NCBI GenBank assembly: GCA_040954595.2
Contig: CM082579.2
Coordinates: 4,143,227-4,207,226, forward strand
Direction of reading: 5' to 3'
Length of the DNA: 64,000 nucleotides
From: Balanoglossus misakiensis
Lineage: Eukaryota > Animalia > Hemichordata
The notes under the pieces were generated by a model that was given only the letters and a program-made list of their open reading frames with translations, was not told the DNA's origin and did not search any database. This document shows, piece after piece, positions 51,780-64,000 of this stretch. Position numbers and translations under genes: made by a program. The first letter of the stretch is position 1. Each line of letters starts with the position of its first letter.

Positions 51780-54700
51780 TCAGTTGCCCTTCCATTCCAA
51801 ACCGTCTGGTGGTTTGACGTCTGTTTTATTTTCGGCGATTTCTTTCCAGTTTGTACTGAGCACAGTTCCGCCCGATTCCACCTGTGTTTGAAATCAAACA
51901 GGGATGCGAAAGAACGATTATTAATAAATACATTTTAGCCTTATTTTAGCTTTGAAACTAACCCATCACTCCAACTTCCTGGTGTGTTGGTCAAACTATG
52001 CTAGGGAAAATACTTGACGGTGCGTCTTATACAGTACAAAAATGTATAAGATGAATCATGGAAACATTGCTTTCGTCCTGCTAATCATATTTTCTTGTAT
52101 TATCGATCAGTACTCACAAATGACTTATTCATGGCCCTCTTGACCTCGTCGGATCCGTCCGCGTAAATTTGCTGGAAGAGCTCGTTGAGGGCAGCATCTC
52201 CTTCCTTTTTGCTGTCTTTCTCTTCTGCGTCCACCTCTTTGGCCAGTTTGTCCCAGTCTGTGTGGTGGTGACGACTGGAGGATGGGTACTTGTGGACTTC
52301 ATCCGCATCTTTGCTGGCAGCTGTGAAAGTAAAAGGTGTTTTCCTTTTGATCAGATAGGCACCCCCTTCCGTGAAAAAAATATGAAAGCAAGTCATGGGC
52401 AGTTTTTAGAACCGCGGATGAGAGTGAGGTACTTCATTACCTGAGATTCCTGGTGCAGGCCTGGGTTGATCATCTGTACCTTCCAACAACGACCACCTGA
52501 TACCTTCAGCTTTCTTCAGTTTCAACTCAATCTGGGTGAAAAATTTTGGGTTAAGCAATACCGTGAGGTGGTATTATGGTAGGACTTGTAAACAGGCAAT
52601 AATCTAGCAAAGAAATGCCATGAAACAAAACTTCAAAGCACGCATGGATGATTTTCATCCGAGATGGATATCATCTCCTCACCTTTGACCCGAGTACTTT
52701 GGTGATTGACTTGTCAGGCACTATCCTGTGGGCAAGATCCAAGTCTAAGATGTATTCATTGCCGCTGCTAAGTTTTACTGTTGTATTGACCTAGACATAC
52801 GGATAGAGTTTCAGTCATGAGTGTGAACTTATCAGTCAGGTGTTATACTAATTTGTAGTATAGTTGAATGTCAGTGAACAGAGAGTTCTGGTAAGCTATA
52901 CATAGAGCAGAATGAAAGAAAAAGTTATTTTTTCAAAAGCAGTACTTGAGCGGGAATCACCAGCTTACTTACTGTTTTTTCTGTGTACTCTACATGTACA
53001 TCTTCCTTCTTCGCTTGTTTGATCATGATGGTCACTATCACATGCGTTTCTGTTTGGTACCAATCGTGCCTACGAGACAATGAGATTGATGATATCTGAG
53101 TCACTGCACACAGAATATTTGAAGTGATATGTCTTCCAGATGTAACAATCTGTAAACTGTATTTCAATTCAAAAATTACTAGCGACATTTAGAAAGGGTC
53201 ACCTCATGGTGCAATTTCTGAGTCATTGTAACCGCTCACCTTGGTCTTGACGGTGCCGCTGGCTGAGGTGGCGGTGGTGGTGTAACTGGGTCTTCACTTC
53301 TGGTTACTGGTGCTGCAGTTGTTTTTGTTTCATTCATAGCCGTTTTTGATTCTGCTGCTGACGCTGTTGTCGTCGTCGATGACTGAGCACTGCCACTTGC
53401 TACGCCAATAACAGGCTGTGAAAAAAAACCCACGGATTTTAAGTCTTACTCATCTATCAGTCACAACTATATCTTCTTCTATTACCTGGTCTGACTTAGT
53501 AATACTGTCAGTAACATGCCTAAGTTCTCTTATAATGTATTAGAAAGAAATATGAATGTCTTACCTCCCCTTTTCCCCTTGATGTGGATTTATCCATTTG
53601 TTCCACTGTGGGTACAAAAATATCACTACAGATTAATATAGGGGCAAACCAATTCCTTGGAAAATCAGAATTTTTGTCTTCAAGTAAGCAAGCAAAGGAG
53701 AAAACAAATTGTGCATTAAAGTGTCGCAACCGACATAAGGAATGCTTTCACTTACAATCCAATTCTGCCTCACATTTTCTGATCCACGTTTTAAATGACG
53801 ATTCACTGGGATCTAACTGCTGGCCGTCAACAAAGGATTTCCTGGCTTCTTCATAGTTGTCTAAATGAAACAGTGCAATCCTGGATATTTGGAGCAAGCA
53901 TAAAATCACTCTATGGGTCAGGCTGTATAAATAGTGTACTAACTAACCCCACTTGTACCCTTTGACATTATGGTGTGTGAGGTTATCGCGTGGGGATTTC
54001 AGTAAAAATTGCCAAGGTAAACTTTGTTATGGTGACAAGGTACTTTGGGAATAAAATTCTGATTCAGCCTACCCTTTTCTTAAATGGGCTTTTGAATTTT
54101 TCGGTTCAAGTTCCACTGCTTTCTGTGAATCTTTCACGGCATCTGTTGAAGACACACATTAATTGAAGATTAGCCATTTCTAAGGAAATATTGGTCATTA
54201 GATTACACACTCTTCCTTCCAGACACTGCAATACAAGAAGTTGTATCGAATGTATTTTATGTAGTACTGTACTACAGACTGCTTTTGTCACATTGGACAC
54301 GAATTCATGGCTATCTCTAACAAGAACACTGATAAAGGTGAAAGATCCTTACTTGTGTAGTCTTCCACTTTGATGTATGTTTGAGCTCTTTTCAGGTAAT
54401 ATTCGGTTTTCTGGTCATCTTGTTCAATGGCTTGCGAGTACAGCTGTAAACGAGAGTCAGATGTTATGATGCGGGAAATGAAATAAGAATTTGGCAGCCC
54501 TTTGGGCATAATTTCAGTTCAGTACCCCTAAGAACAAGAATGGTGACCAATGAGAATTTTAAGATTCATCTAGGTAATACGTGGATGATGGTGATGATGA
54601 TCAAACTTACTCTGGTCTTACCTTGATGGCATTGCCATAGTTTTCATCAACAAAGGCTTCGTTTGCTTGGCTGAAATTACCAAAGTTAATAATTATAACA

Positions 54701-55187
54701 TCTTAATTGACAATACATGTACACACAATTTTAATTTACAATATGTATGTATTGTGAGTGTATGTGTGCATGCGTGCATGATCATGTATGTATGTATGTA
54801 TCACGTGTATGTATGTATGTATGTATGTATGTACACAACATAAACATGTTTGTATGTACATGTATGTTTGCAAGCGGTGACCATATGCATCACTAGTGCA
54901 CTAGGGCTTCGCGTGCCCTTGTATGTATGCATGTACAACATGCACGCAAGTATACATCATAGTTATTTTTTGACAGTACACTCGTGAAGTAAACTTGTTT
55001 GTGTTGCGGTCACCAACTCGGCCGATCTGTATGTTTCTCAACATCAATTCAAGCTCTGGCCCAATCTGATAACAGACCATCGGAAAAACGTTTCGACATT
55101 TTTTGCACAATGAGACAGATTTGTACGTGAAAAGTTTTTGAACGGAATCTTTCTGGAACACTCGTTTTACCTGAAGAGCTCCGCCAT
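51780..55187 (-). CDS. SUGT1: SGT1 homolog, HSP90 co-chaperone (TPR-CS-SGS), 12 exons, ~389 aa
   Basis: Exons 55171-55187, 54622-54670, 54353-54443, 54073-54142, 53756-53880, 53565-53605, 53240-53415, 52973-53069, 52683-52790, 52441-52531, 52118-52320 and 51780-51881. TPR region ([10 protein letters not shown]...LYSQAIE...YYLKRAQ), CS domain ([11 protein letters not shown]...KIELKLKK) and SGS domain (DWDKL...[29 protein letters not shown]|[12 protein letters not shown]). Confidence 0.96.
54785..54832. repeat. Imperfect (TATG)n microsatellite in SUGT1 intron 1
   Basis: Directly visible. Confidence 0.85.
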
Positions 55188-55507
55188 CTTGGATGCTTGG
55201 AGAATCATGGGAAGTTTAGCTGATCTCGCTGCGACATGGTCAAGATAGAACAAGAATAACAGGTCGAATTGTGAAGCAAGCATATCATTTTTATTAATAT
55301 TATTATTTTTACTAGCACTAATATTCTACCGCTACGACGGAATATAACGATAAACTCAAATATGAGGGCATGACCTTTAACCTTTGACTTGCCGGTGATC
55401 TAGAATACTTATGACCAGGCTTATGACATAGCCGGTATCCAGTTTAATTATTAATCGAGTAAATCTTCGAGCCTGTCATTACATAGGCTCCAGGACCCAC
55501 TCTGCAG
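55188..55507. promoter_or_regulatory. Shared SUGT1/nocturnin promoter region and candidate nocturnin 5'UTR exon
   Basis: YY1-like AAGATGGCGG at the SUGT1 ATG, a plus-strand donor CAG|GTGAGA at 55507/55508, and a nuclear-receptor half-site array TGACCT-T-TAACCT-T-TGACTT at 55371-55390. Confidence 0.45.
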
Positions 55508-56640
55508 GTGAGAACATATTTCAGTTATCGCTTAGAGATATCCTACCAATATTGTCTAACGCGACAAGGTCCTGCGGCCCGTCATTTAATAACACGCAGT
55601 GAAGCGGTGAGTCCCCAATGTGCCTTTCTCACTGTTTAGAAACGGTTACTACCAGCTTCATGCGGATAAAATACGAATTTGATCGCCTCTTTAGGATCAG
55701 GACGAACGAAATGGCCTATTTTACGGACGGTCAGTGTAAATCGGACCTTCATTAAACCGTTTGTATCATCGCGCAGTCTTGTTGCTGGGGCCCAGTCGGT
55801 GGGGGGGGGGGGGGGGGGTCATTTGGTATCAGATTGGTGCTGACAATAGCTGTATTTAGTGTTAACTGTTGATGGATATTTCATAATTTTGGGTCTATGT
55901 ACTTCGTTCTACTTCCTAAAATGCCAAGTATTTAGCAACTTGTCTAGATTAAGTTAAAGTAAATATTGTTGACTTTTGAACTTAAATGCTTATTAAAATT
56001 AATAAGTTATATTATAACCTTCAAAGTACAATAGCCCCCCTAGCCCTACCATTTAATAGTTAAGTATTGGTGTTTGTATTTGTACTAGAGAATGTTTATG
56101 TTGGTTTGGATTCTCACATGTTATCATGTGTGAAGCATAAAGCTTTTTTTTTATGCAATGTTTTTCTGAAGGATGATCATAATCATTTTGATTATTAGCA
56201 AATCACAAGTAGAAAGGACTTTTGATTATGAAATTCAAGTGTGACCTTTGTGTTAGTATTTGAATGCTTTGTTGCTCTGTCGAATGAGGTGTTGCAATAA
56301 AGTCATGTGATTAGTGATAGCCAATGGAATGTCCTTTTGAATATGTAGGGGGAAGTTTCTGAGTGTTGAGTGCCATAAGTATCTGGTAGTTTCATGTATA
56401 GTTATCAGACCTTACAACGCAATTATACACAAGACTTCTGAAGAGCATAATTTTCTCTATTGTCTGTGTTGGTTGCTGTACGAGTCAAGTCCCAGCTGAG
56501 CCTGACCTACGAAAAATCATACAAGTTAGTCTTCCTGAAAGTAGTTGAGGATTGACCAATATATTTCCAAATGATTGTGATGGACAGACCGCTTCCCCCT
56601 GTAACTTGTGTAACTCGTTTTTTTTTTTTCTTTCAGGTTA

Positions 56641-58002
56641 ATGGGACAGGCCAATACAATCTCAAGGATGACAAGCAATGCACTACTGACTCATTGTCGC
56701 GAGGTTCTCAACGGTTATCCTCCGTTGCTCACCAGGAAAATCCGCCGCATCAAACACTTTGGCAATCTCGCTGCAGCTGCTGCTGAAGGCCCAAAGGTTC
56801 GGATACTGCAATGGAATGTACTGGCTGATGGTGAGTGAGAAGGAAAAAGACCCATTCACAAATACATTGTGCTGTTACTGATTCTGAAAAAATGGGAATT
56901 TTATAGTTTGATTTGGTTTTTAGTATTTCATTTAATTTAGGATAAAACTTTGACAAAAGTAAAGAGTGAAACTGATGGCTGCCAATAACAGAGATGCTGT
57001 CCCATGGGTTGGAAGTGTTTTGGGTGGTAAATGTCGTGGGTTGGGGTAACTGTCATGATACCTAGACAATTTGTGCTTGTCAATCAGTACATGATAAACT
57101 GACATGCAAATGACTTTGTGTTTGTTCCATCAGCACTCTGTCAAAACAAAGACAACTTCATCAAGGCTCCACCGGATGGACTGTTGTGGGAAAACAGAAA
57201 ATTCCGTTCTCTGGAAGAAATCCTGACCTATGACCCGGACATCATTTGTCTGCAGGAGGTCGACCACTACCATGACTTTTACAACCCGATGCTGCAGAAT
57301 GTCGGTTACCAGGGTATCTTCAAACCGAAGCCGGACTCGCCCTGCGTCTACTGCGTCGATCACAACGGGCCCGACGGCTGCGCGCTGTTCTACAAATCGG
57401 ACAAGTTCGACGTCGTCGACGGCATCACCCCGAACCTGAAGGTCAGCATGCCCGGCGAGAGAACCTGGATGACGAACCAAGTGGCAATCATTTACACCTT
57501 GCAGGCGAAGGCGCCGAACTACAGCGGGGAGCAGTTCGTGGTGGGCGTCACCCACCTCAAGGCCAAGCCGGGCTGGGAAGATCTGAGGCACACGCAAGGC
57601 GAGAAGATTCTCCAGCACCTCAAGGAGCAGGCCAAAAACAAAGCCGTCGTCTTCTGCGGGGACTTCAACGCCGAAGAATCAGAGAAGGTGTACGAGGCAT
57701 TTACAAAAAGCAGCTTGAAACTGGACAGCGCTTACAAAGCCCTAAGCGACAGCGGATCAGAGGAGCCTCCGTACACCACGTGGAAAATCCGTCCCAGCGG
57801 AGAAGTCAGGCACACCATCGATTACATGTGGTACTCGGCTGAGAAGCTCAGTGTGCACGCTGTCTTAGAATTGCCCACTGAAGCTCAGCTCGGTGAGGCG
57901 AGAGCGCCCTCACTGGTGACTTCTTCTGATCATTTTGCCATGGTTTGTGATTTTAAATTTCAACCTGGCTACCATGGCGATAAAGGCTTCAGCTCTCTGT
58001 GA
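56641..58002 (+). CDS. NOCT: Nocturnin (EEP-family NADP(H) phosphatase, CCR4-like), 2 coding exons, ~352 aa
   Basis: Exons 56641-56830 and 57134-58002 give RILQWNVLAD|ALCQNKDNF...PDIICLQEVDHY...PKPDSPC...NGPDGCALFY...NQVAI...THLKA...CGDFNA...YTTWKIR...HTIDY...SDH. These are diagnostic nocturnin motifs. Confidence 0.96.
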
Positions 58003-60696
58003 TTGCCGCCTTTCAGGATGAGAAAGGAAGCGTGGAAACTTCCTTGTCTGTTCATGCGTTGTCTTTAACATTTGTTCAGGGTGCTGCTGTACAGTACGTA
58101 CGCACAAAGCTACAATCTATCTTTTAAGAAAATTAAATTAAAATCCCGATTCTGTGTGCTCACCACGTAAAGTGCAGTATTCATCTTGTGTGGTGGATTA
58201 GAACAATTGACAGGCGTGTATATCGTAAAATCAGTGTTGGATTCATGCAAGTATATGCACCGTACTTACAGTATTGCGTTTGCGTGCCAACAGTGTTTTT
58301 TGGAATTCCCTGTGTTAAGTCATTGTGGCTGCAGTGTTGTGTTGTGGCTACACGAAAATTAAAAGTTATCGTAATCTGTGGTCACAAAACCTGCAGAGAG
58401 GCTTTGTCCGTCATCTGGCTGATTGGTACATGTAGATTCAATGAGTGGGAACTTGTGGGGTCTGTCTGTCTTGACATTTTAAAGCAGTTCAACAATTCCC
58501 CCCCCCCCCCCCCTTACAAAATGCCAATTTGTCTTGTGATTCAACCCGTGAGGCAAGCATTGTGGTTTATACTTTATATACAAAGCCGTTATACTGGTCC
58601 ATCTTTGATATTTTGATATAAGGTGCTGATAAAGTACACGCCCCCCCCCCCCCCCAATGCTCCAGTGCACCTTTGATGGTAGAATGAGTTGATCCGCTAG
58701 AGGGCACACCTCATGATGAACGCAAACTCTGCATTGTTATGCGCTTAGACGATCAAGTTCAATTCGATTAACCTATATAACGTGTATCAACATGTGAGAA
58801 AGGAAAGAAATAAGATATTCATTGCCAAGTACGAATTCAAGATCACGGTTTCACAGCCATGAAAGGCTGCGCAATTAAGATGAAAAGCTTATTTTTGCCC
58901 GTTCCCCCTTGATTCAGATATTTCACATGCACTCTGACAACACACGAGCGATTTGTAAACATATTTGAGCGTATGCGATTGCCCGGTGAATTATTCCACG
59001 GCTTAGCCTTATCGTTTGATTGAAATCACATAAAAGCATTTGCTGTGCTGGGAAAAATCCAATCCCTTCTACGTATTATCTGTCCAAGAGCTGCCTCATT
59101 GAATTTAAGTACAAGCCACAATAGTCAAACCCAATATTCATATCTAACTTGGATCCCCCTCGGGCTGACCTGATCGGCATGAAGTCACGCACGTAGCTGC
59201 CTTGAACATAGCTCCATTGATCAACACATTAAAAGGTGTAAACTAAACCCTTTTTGAGACATCTACGATTTCGGAAAACATCTTTGAGTTTTGAACATCT
59301 GACAGGCGGGTACAATATCAGTCTGTCTCGCAATTTAATGTAGTCCACCGTCCCCCCGTTAAACAACTTCCCAGCTTCCTATTAAATTAGGACGCTTCTC
59401 TCAAACACACTTCCAGGTAATACACACCCCGAGCTAATTAATCTGACAAATTATTGTTTTTCCCTGTCGTCCTTTGACATTCAGTTTGCCTCGTCATCCC
59501 ATACCATACCACGTCAAAGAACCGGTTGTTAGGTTGTCTGCACTATTAAAGGGTACCCCCCTCAAGGAGAGTTCTGTCCCAAATCCAAAGCCCTTCTTCA
59601 GTGACGCCTGTTTGTCGGGTTGAAATCTTTCCATAAAACCTGCGCTCGTGTCATCAGCAGTGTGCAGGCCACGTGGTTTCCGTTTTTCGTAAAATCTTCC
59701 TTGTTTTGCTCATATATTGTCCCATTCCCCCTACGGTGGTCAATCCAAGCGGAAGAATATTATTATAATAGTACGCATGCACTGCGGTATTGACCTACCT
59801 TTGTTGCTCCACTGATGTAAACATTTGACTAAGGAACTTTTCGTAAAATGTTGAATTTTGACACCCCAGATAGAGGTTGACAACGTTTGATTTTGTGCCA
59901 GAGGGCCTTCTTGACATAATCCACCCCGATGGGAACAGGATAGGTAGGACGGTATAATTGTGCCGGCTTCCCGAAACGAATTTTAAAAGTATCGTGGATA
60001 ACGGGACGATATACACCCCTACGGTAAATGTCATAGAGGCCTAACAAATGTCAGAGTTTGACCGGTAAAGTCAAAACGTATTGGAGAAAACTGAGTCTCC
60101 TTAAATATTCATCGAGATGCTAAGATCAAGAGGCATTTTCAACGGATTAGTACATGTAGCATGAGTATAGTGAGCATGCGCCTTTGTGAAATAGTTTGTT
60201 CCATTCGATATAGAAAGCACACGATATTCAATGCATCGGGGTCAACAGAATTCTCCGAACCTGATGATCCCGAGGTGAAAAATGTTGTTTTTGATCCTAA
60301 TAAAAAAAACACGACAAAAAGACTACTACAACGGGCGCAACTTGTATAGGGGCCTACATGCATTTTCAAACGCAATAAGATTTCCTGGAAAATCACAACG
60401 CTTGCAACAAACACCACCGTGCGTCCTGGGTTGTTTCGTTGTACGTATTCTTCTCAGAAATCTCTTCTTTTTTCGCAATTTTTATCATCCCGATTTCCCA
60501 CAGCGTGCTTGCTGTCGACCTTTAAAATTATGCCGAGAGCTACAGACCGTTTTTTTCAGCTTCTTTTTTTCTCAGTTTAGGAAGTTCTTCCTACCGGCAA
60601 TGTGATACCTGGCGACGCAGTGGTATACCGCCCACTTCATCGTTGCACTGTAACAATTCTAGTTTAACAAATACCTGCGTATATATATATATTTAT

Positions 60697-60819
60697 TGAA
60701 TGAATGAATGAATGAATGAATGAATGAATGAATGAATGAATGAATGAATGAATGAATGAATGAATGAATGAATGAATGAATGAATGAATGAATGAATGAA
60801 TGAATGAATGAATGAATGA
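60697..60819. repeat. (GAAT)n microsatellite
   Basis: Perfect tetranucleotide run; it produces the spurious FIHS-repeat ORFs. Confidence 0.97.
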
Positions 60820-63800
60820 CATGCATGCATGCATGTATGAATAAATAATCGACGTTTGCATTTATCGCCACACTGGAAAAAAGTCAAGGGTGCTTACGCA
60901 TTGTCTTGACCGAGTTCACGGATGTGAGATTACTCACGCAACAGGGAGAGAGCGAGCTCTTCACAGCATGACTTATTTTCAAACTCCCAAGAGTAAGAAT
61001 ATATATAGTGATGAGTTCGGGGCAATACTTTAATAACAGCCCTATTATATTGCCAAACTTTATCGCTATCACCATATTTGCACAGAGTCTTCTAGGAGAT
61101 TAAGTGATATCTCACGAATTTCCGTAAAAACTACACGACACAATGTTATCGGGTGTCTGGCTTTCTGGCACGAACGGTAGATGAAATAACCTCATTTTCA
61201 TGCGGACGAGTGTATCGTTAACATCTCTGCGTTTAACTTGAGGCCATTCTTGCCCAGAAATCATACAATTTTAACCTTTGTAGAAGTAACCGATTTTCTA
61301 TAGACCATTAGACCTGTGTCGTTCTCCTGGGCATGTAACATGGAAAAATGATCCGTGTTTGGAGTTTTTACCCAATGGGTTTGATTTAAGGGGTCTTATC
61401 TGGCCATCGCAAAGGACCACCCCGTTACAAGAGGCGTTTTGTGTTCATGTGACAATGGTGTTGGCAAGGGAGAGAGAAAGAGAAAGAGTAAGAGAGAGAT
61501 ATGGACGGTTGAGTGAATTTACTGTGTCCAATTGAGTCTAGCGCCCTCTGGCGAAATAAAGCCCTCTCAGGTTTGCCACTGGCCAAATCATTTGCTGTTA
61601 TCTTGTTTTGGAAAGGACTTGTATATGTGAAATGAAACGAAGGTAAACAATTGTCGCCAGGTGCCTCGCGTGTATTGTCTGATTCACATTATACGAGCGT
61701 ACATGTGTACAGTTGAGTCTTTCGACTCTGAAGGAACATTCCACACTCTTTGATTGGCTGCAGCCGAGAGCAGAAGTTGCATGGACCTCTCTCTTCCTGT
61801 AGGCCAAAGAGATTAACTTTCCCAATTAGAGTCGTCGCGTGGGATGATTTTATCGGCTTTTTAAAGAGGAAAGTGACTTGACAAGGATTTCGTTGAATCA
61901 ACAACTCTGGCTATCGCTCCGACTTGTGAAAATCAACTAAACGTTGGCAGCGGCAATACATGGAATTTTGATGCTCATGAACATGAGTCCCCCCGGGATC
62001 TCGTTGCTAGCCCGACCTCTCACACAAGCACGAAGTGGTCTCCATACACTCCGATTTGGGTTTTTGGATTACTAGGGCGGCGTGCAAACCAACCAAACAC
62101 AATTACCTCGTTCGCTCGATAACCTAAAACTGAATTTTCATCACCCAGGAAATGAACTTACCAAGGGTGCCGTAATTCACACGTTCCACACGCCACTGGG
62201 GCCTTTCATGTTTCACATCACTGGTGCATGATCGTATTTTATAACGTTCACAGTAACACGGAAAATTCAAAGCAACTGAAAGCGAAGCGCCAGCGGCGTC
62301 CGCGGATAAAATTCGATATAGTGTCGACTGCCGTCACGTCCCGCACCCCGCCTGACCGACAAACCAACTAACACGAACTAACCCATATCTTAGAAGGTCG
62401 AGTTTTCACAGCTTTTCTGAGCGTTGATCGCATATTCTAGGGCACGTCAAGCATTAGAATGGGCTTAGTGAAGTGCCGTGTATATTGTACGGACAGGATT
62501 ACTCTTTGAAGACGCGAATGTCACAGCCCTAGCTGCCGGGCACTGGCATCCATCAATACCCTTTTCTTCCAAAGCTGTCACGATGCGCGCCTTTGATCAC
62601 ATTCAACGAAAGTACACTTAAAAGCAATACCCAAGTCTCTTCTGGATTTATCATAAAAAATTGATTTATGCAACCCTCCATTAAAGGAAACGCTTAAAGC
62701 TGTTAACGCTCGAGATTAATTCACCTTGTCGCAGCACATGTCACTTCAGAGTGCCTTTTACAAAATACATTTGATATCACTGTTCACATAAACCCAACGT
62801 TCGTATATATTTAATGCTCATGGTCCTGAACAGGATAACATATACATATAACAGGACCGTTCCCTAAACTTTTGCCAAGAACTCGGAAAGACACTGAATT
62901 GATAGATCGGTACCAAAAAGACAATCGTTGAGAGCTACTGTGCAGAATTTTGATTGGGAGAATGTCACAATTTGGAATTCAAATGGAGGCATGCAGATCT
63001 TCATTTTTAATATGATTTTGTTGAGCAGACATGGAGTAGGCCCACACAACAGCACGGTGTTGGAAGCTGCGCCGTCGCGTGGACGCCTGAACTATTAAAG
63101 TTGCATGTCATTCCGCAAAGCTCTGGGTGAGGCAGACGCGACCAGAGACGTGTACGCGTTTCGAACTCAGGGCAGTTTATTACGGCTCCCACGACGGCGG
63201 AGTTATTGCGTGTCGGGTGATGTCTGCTTTGCACGGGTCGCCGACGCCAGCTCTCGTTTGTCAAGGACTTACCGTCCGTGCCCCTCAAGTCAGACAGCTT
63301 ATGTCAAGGTATTCTGCACACGGCGAGCACGCGGCCGCTGATGGTAAATAATTATGCGATTGTTATTCCCACTGGCGACGCTGATACCAGTACTAGTAAT
63401 GGAGAACCTGCGTGCAAAAAGTGTTGACATCTCAGCGCGCAGACGCATGAGATATAGCGCTCGCAGTCGGCAGTCACAGACTAGACAAAGAGCGGTTCGC
63501 AATTGTGCAATTAACTCTGAGAGCCACTGCGTGTTTCACCGGTTATTTTCAAGTCAAAACAATCTTAAACACACCGGGTACCAATACCCGTGTCTTCTGA
63601 CCTACATCGTTCCCATTCCTTACCGACGGCACTAAAATATCCATATTTCCTTTTACTTCTCGGATCCATAAATACGTTTTTCTGTTACATGATATTTAAT
63701 AAAGCAAATGCGACCGTTCAGCATAATATTGAAAGGTTCATTCCAATCGGACCCATCTGTTGAAGTGCTTTCTTGTGTCCATAAATTGAGGTTGGATGTT

Positions 63801-64000
63801 TTTCATTATCACCGAGCGCGGAACTATATAAAGTGAAGAAAGGGTTCCATAAGGGGTTTGGCAACAACTGAATGTCTCTGTGTTAGCTTTTGTATCATCA
63901 CAACTCAGTGTGCATACATGACTACCAAACTATAACTCTACCATCCTAATTATTAGACTGTCCGTAAAAATGAACCCTTTCCCACACTTTTTAAAACGAG

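Noticed and set aside
1-64000. Prokaryotic-type systems (CRISPR arrays, operons, defence islands), rRNA, and intact transposase or reverse transcriptase genes
   Set aside because: No repeat-spacer arrays or such ORFs are visible; the window is intron-rich animal DNA.

Overview
This is eukaryotic (metazoan) genomic DNA with GT-AG introns. Gene content and repeat style suggest a marine invertebrate, plausibly a non-vertebrate deuterostome, but the species cannot be determined from the sequence alone. By splicing exons by hand I reconstruct eight protein-coding genes: ANAPC15 (-), a divergent SAM-less sphingomyelin-synthase-family gene (-), calnexin (-), an uncharacterised ~1089-aa single-pass transmembrane protein whose disordered tail is packed with repeated tyrosine motifs (+), an uncharacterised ~258-aa polytopic membrane protein (-), NXT1/p15 (+), SUGT1 (-) and nocturnin (+). 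Six of these form three head-to-head pairs. Non-coding features include a seemingly identical ~600-bp tandem duplication between NXT1 and SUGT1, a Harbinger-like MITE, a tRNA-derived SINE head, microsatellites and an ERSE-like element upstream of calnexin. The most interesting candidates are the LAT/PAG-like transmembrane adaptor built from repeated YDDV/ITAM-like modules, the sphingolipid synthase with an atypical specificity residue, and the orphan membrane protein. All gene models were built by eye, without transcript data or database searches.
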